This document shows positions 46,276-46,501 of a stretch of DNA of 46,501 nucleotides, piece after piece. The notes beneath the pieces are model-generated. The model did no database searches, was not told the DNA's origin, and saw nothing but the letters and a program-made list of their open reading frames with translations. The stretch comes from Candidatus Magasanikiibacteriota bacterium (GTDB lineage: Bacteria > Patescibacteriota > Patescibacteriia > Magasanikbacterales > GWA2-37-8). Position 1 is the stretch's first letter. Every line of letters begins with the position of its first letter. The translations under genes and the position numbers were made by a program. Location: contig JACRFW010000027.1 in NCBI GenBank assembly GCA_016234265.1, forward strand, positions 1 through 46,501. Direction: 5' to 3'.

Positions 46276-46330
46276 TGTCATTCAGATCCCGACTCAGTCG
46301 GGAGAAGAATCTTCCGCTTATGCACTCGTA
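46276..46330. repeat. Palindromic repeat element, copy C, left half only (TGTCATTCAGA arm, TCCCGAC-TCA-GTCGGGA hairpin, GAAGAATCTTCCGCTTATGC box), followed directly by a GIY-YIG gene
   Basis: It shares the 20-nt GAAGAATCTTCCGCTTATGC with copies A and B. Its hairpin is the reverse complement of the one in copy D. Confidence 0.75.
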
Positions 46331-46343
46331 TTACGTTTACATC

Positions 46344-46501
46344 ATGGCGAGTGCTAGCGAAGTGATATATATTGGTGTAACCAATGATATCCAGAGGAGA
46401 ATCTCGGAGCACAAGCAAAAGTTGGTTGAGGGGTTTACCCAACAATACAATTGTACTAAGCTAATCTACTACGAAGATTTTTCTGACATTAACGAGGCAA
46501 T
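46344..46501 (+). CDS. GIY-YIG nuclease family protein (partial, N-terminal 52 aa)
   Basis: VIYIGVTNDIQRRISEHKQK...LIYYEDFSDINEA is the typical small stand-alone GIY-YIG domain. It runs off the window edge. Confidence 0.75.
   Translation, partial: MASASEVIYIGVTNDIQRRISEHKQKLVEGFTQQYNCTKLIYYEDFSDINEA

Noticed and set aside
1-46501. CRISPR arrays, rRNA genes, transposases or integrases
   Set aside because: There are no regularly spaced direct repeats with unique spacers. There are no rRNA-like conserved stretches. No ORF has DDE/tyrosine-recombinase motifs. The only repeat family found is palindromic rather than CRISPR-like.
1-46501. Alternative genetic code (UGA read as Gly, as in some CPR lineages)
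   Set aside because: Well-conserved genes end at their expected positions with TAA/TAG/TGA (for example lgt and the SAM-MTase end in TGA), and there are no in-frame UGA codons inside conserved domains that I could see.

Overview
This window is a gene-dense, mostly minus-strand stretch of a small bacterial genome. Gene content points to Patescibacteria/CPR, though I cannot confirm lineage without a search. Stops are TAA/TAG/TGA, so code 11. Coordinates of small features were hand-derived and are approximate (about 2 nt either way).

Core housekeeping blocks:
- A long heat-shock operon on the minus strand: hrcA, grpE, hsp20, a NYN-domain gene, dnaK, a 141-aa unknown, dnaJ, an ECF sigma factor and a putative anti-sigma factor. 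It is driven by a sigma70 promoter followed by a CIRCE-like inverted repeat.
- An anaerobic ribonucleotide reductase operon. nrdD is split from its glycyl-radical tail, which sits in a separate 69-aa ORF 35 nt downstream in another frame. nrdG, a DoxX-like gene, a P1B-type ATPase and a 2-hydroxyacid dehydrogenase follow. Tandem NrdR-box-like operators lie upstream of nrdD.
- gatCA, tsaE, rarA, cls, murF, ftsI, typA, a sufB-sufS-sufU-sufC-DUF59-ferredoxin cluster, hpf, murB and mraY.

The more unusual content:
1. One ORF fuses a complete LexA-like repressor (HTH plus S24 self-cleaving peptidase) to a beta-class DNA methyltransferase. It is convergent with, and overlaps, a 231-aa PD-(D/E)xK-like candidate restriction endonuclease that sits 16 nt downstream of tRNA-Ser.
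2. Seven copies of a nested-palindrome repeat with TGTCAT[TC]C...GAATGACA arms. Six copies start within 10 nt of a stop codon. One copy is interrupted by a small GIY-YIG nuclease gene, while two others look like the 'empty' version of the same site.
3. An ATP-grasp (Ddl-like) gene overlapping a cytoplasmic NlpC/P60 peptidase between murB and mraY, with a heptanucleotide repeat inside the ATP-grasp coding region.
4. A roughly 500-nt GC-rich non-coding island with many hairpins and its own terminator. It is a candidate structured RNA of unknown class.
5. A tandem-duplicated LOG-family gene whose two halves share an identical 53-nt stretch.

There are two tRNAs (Ser-GGA, Glu-CTC). No CRISPR arrays or rRNA genes are present.
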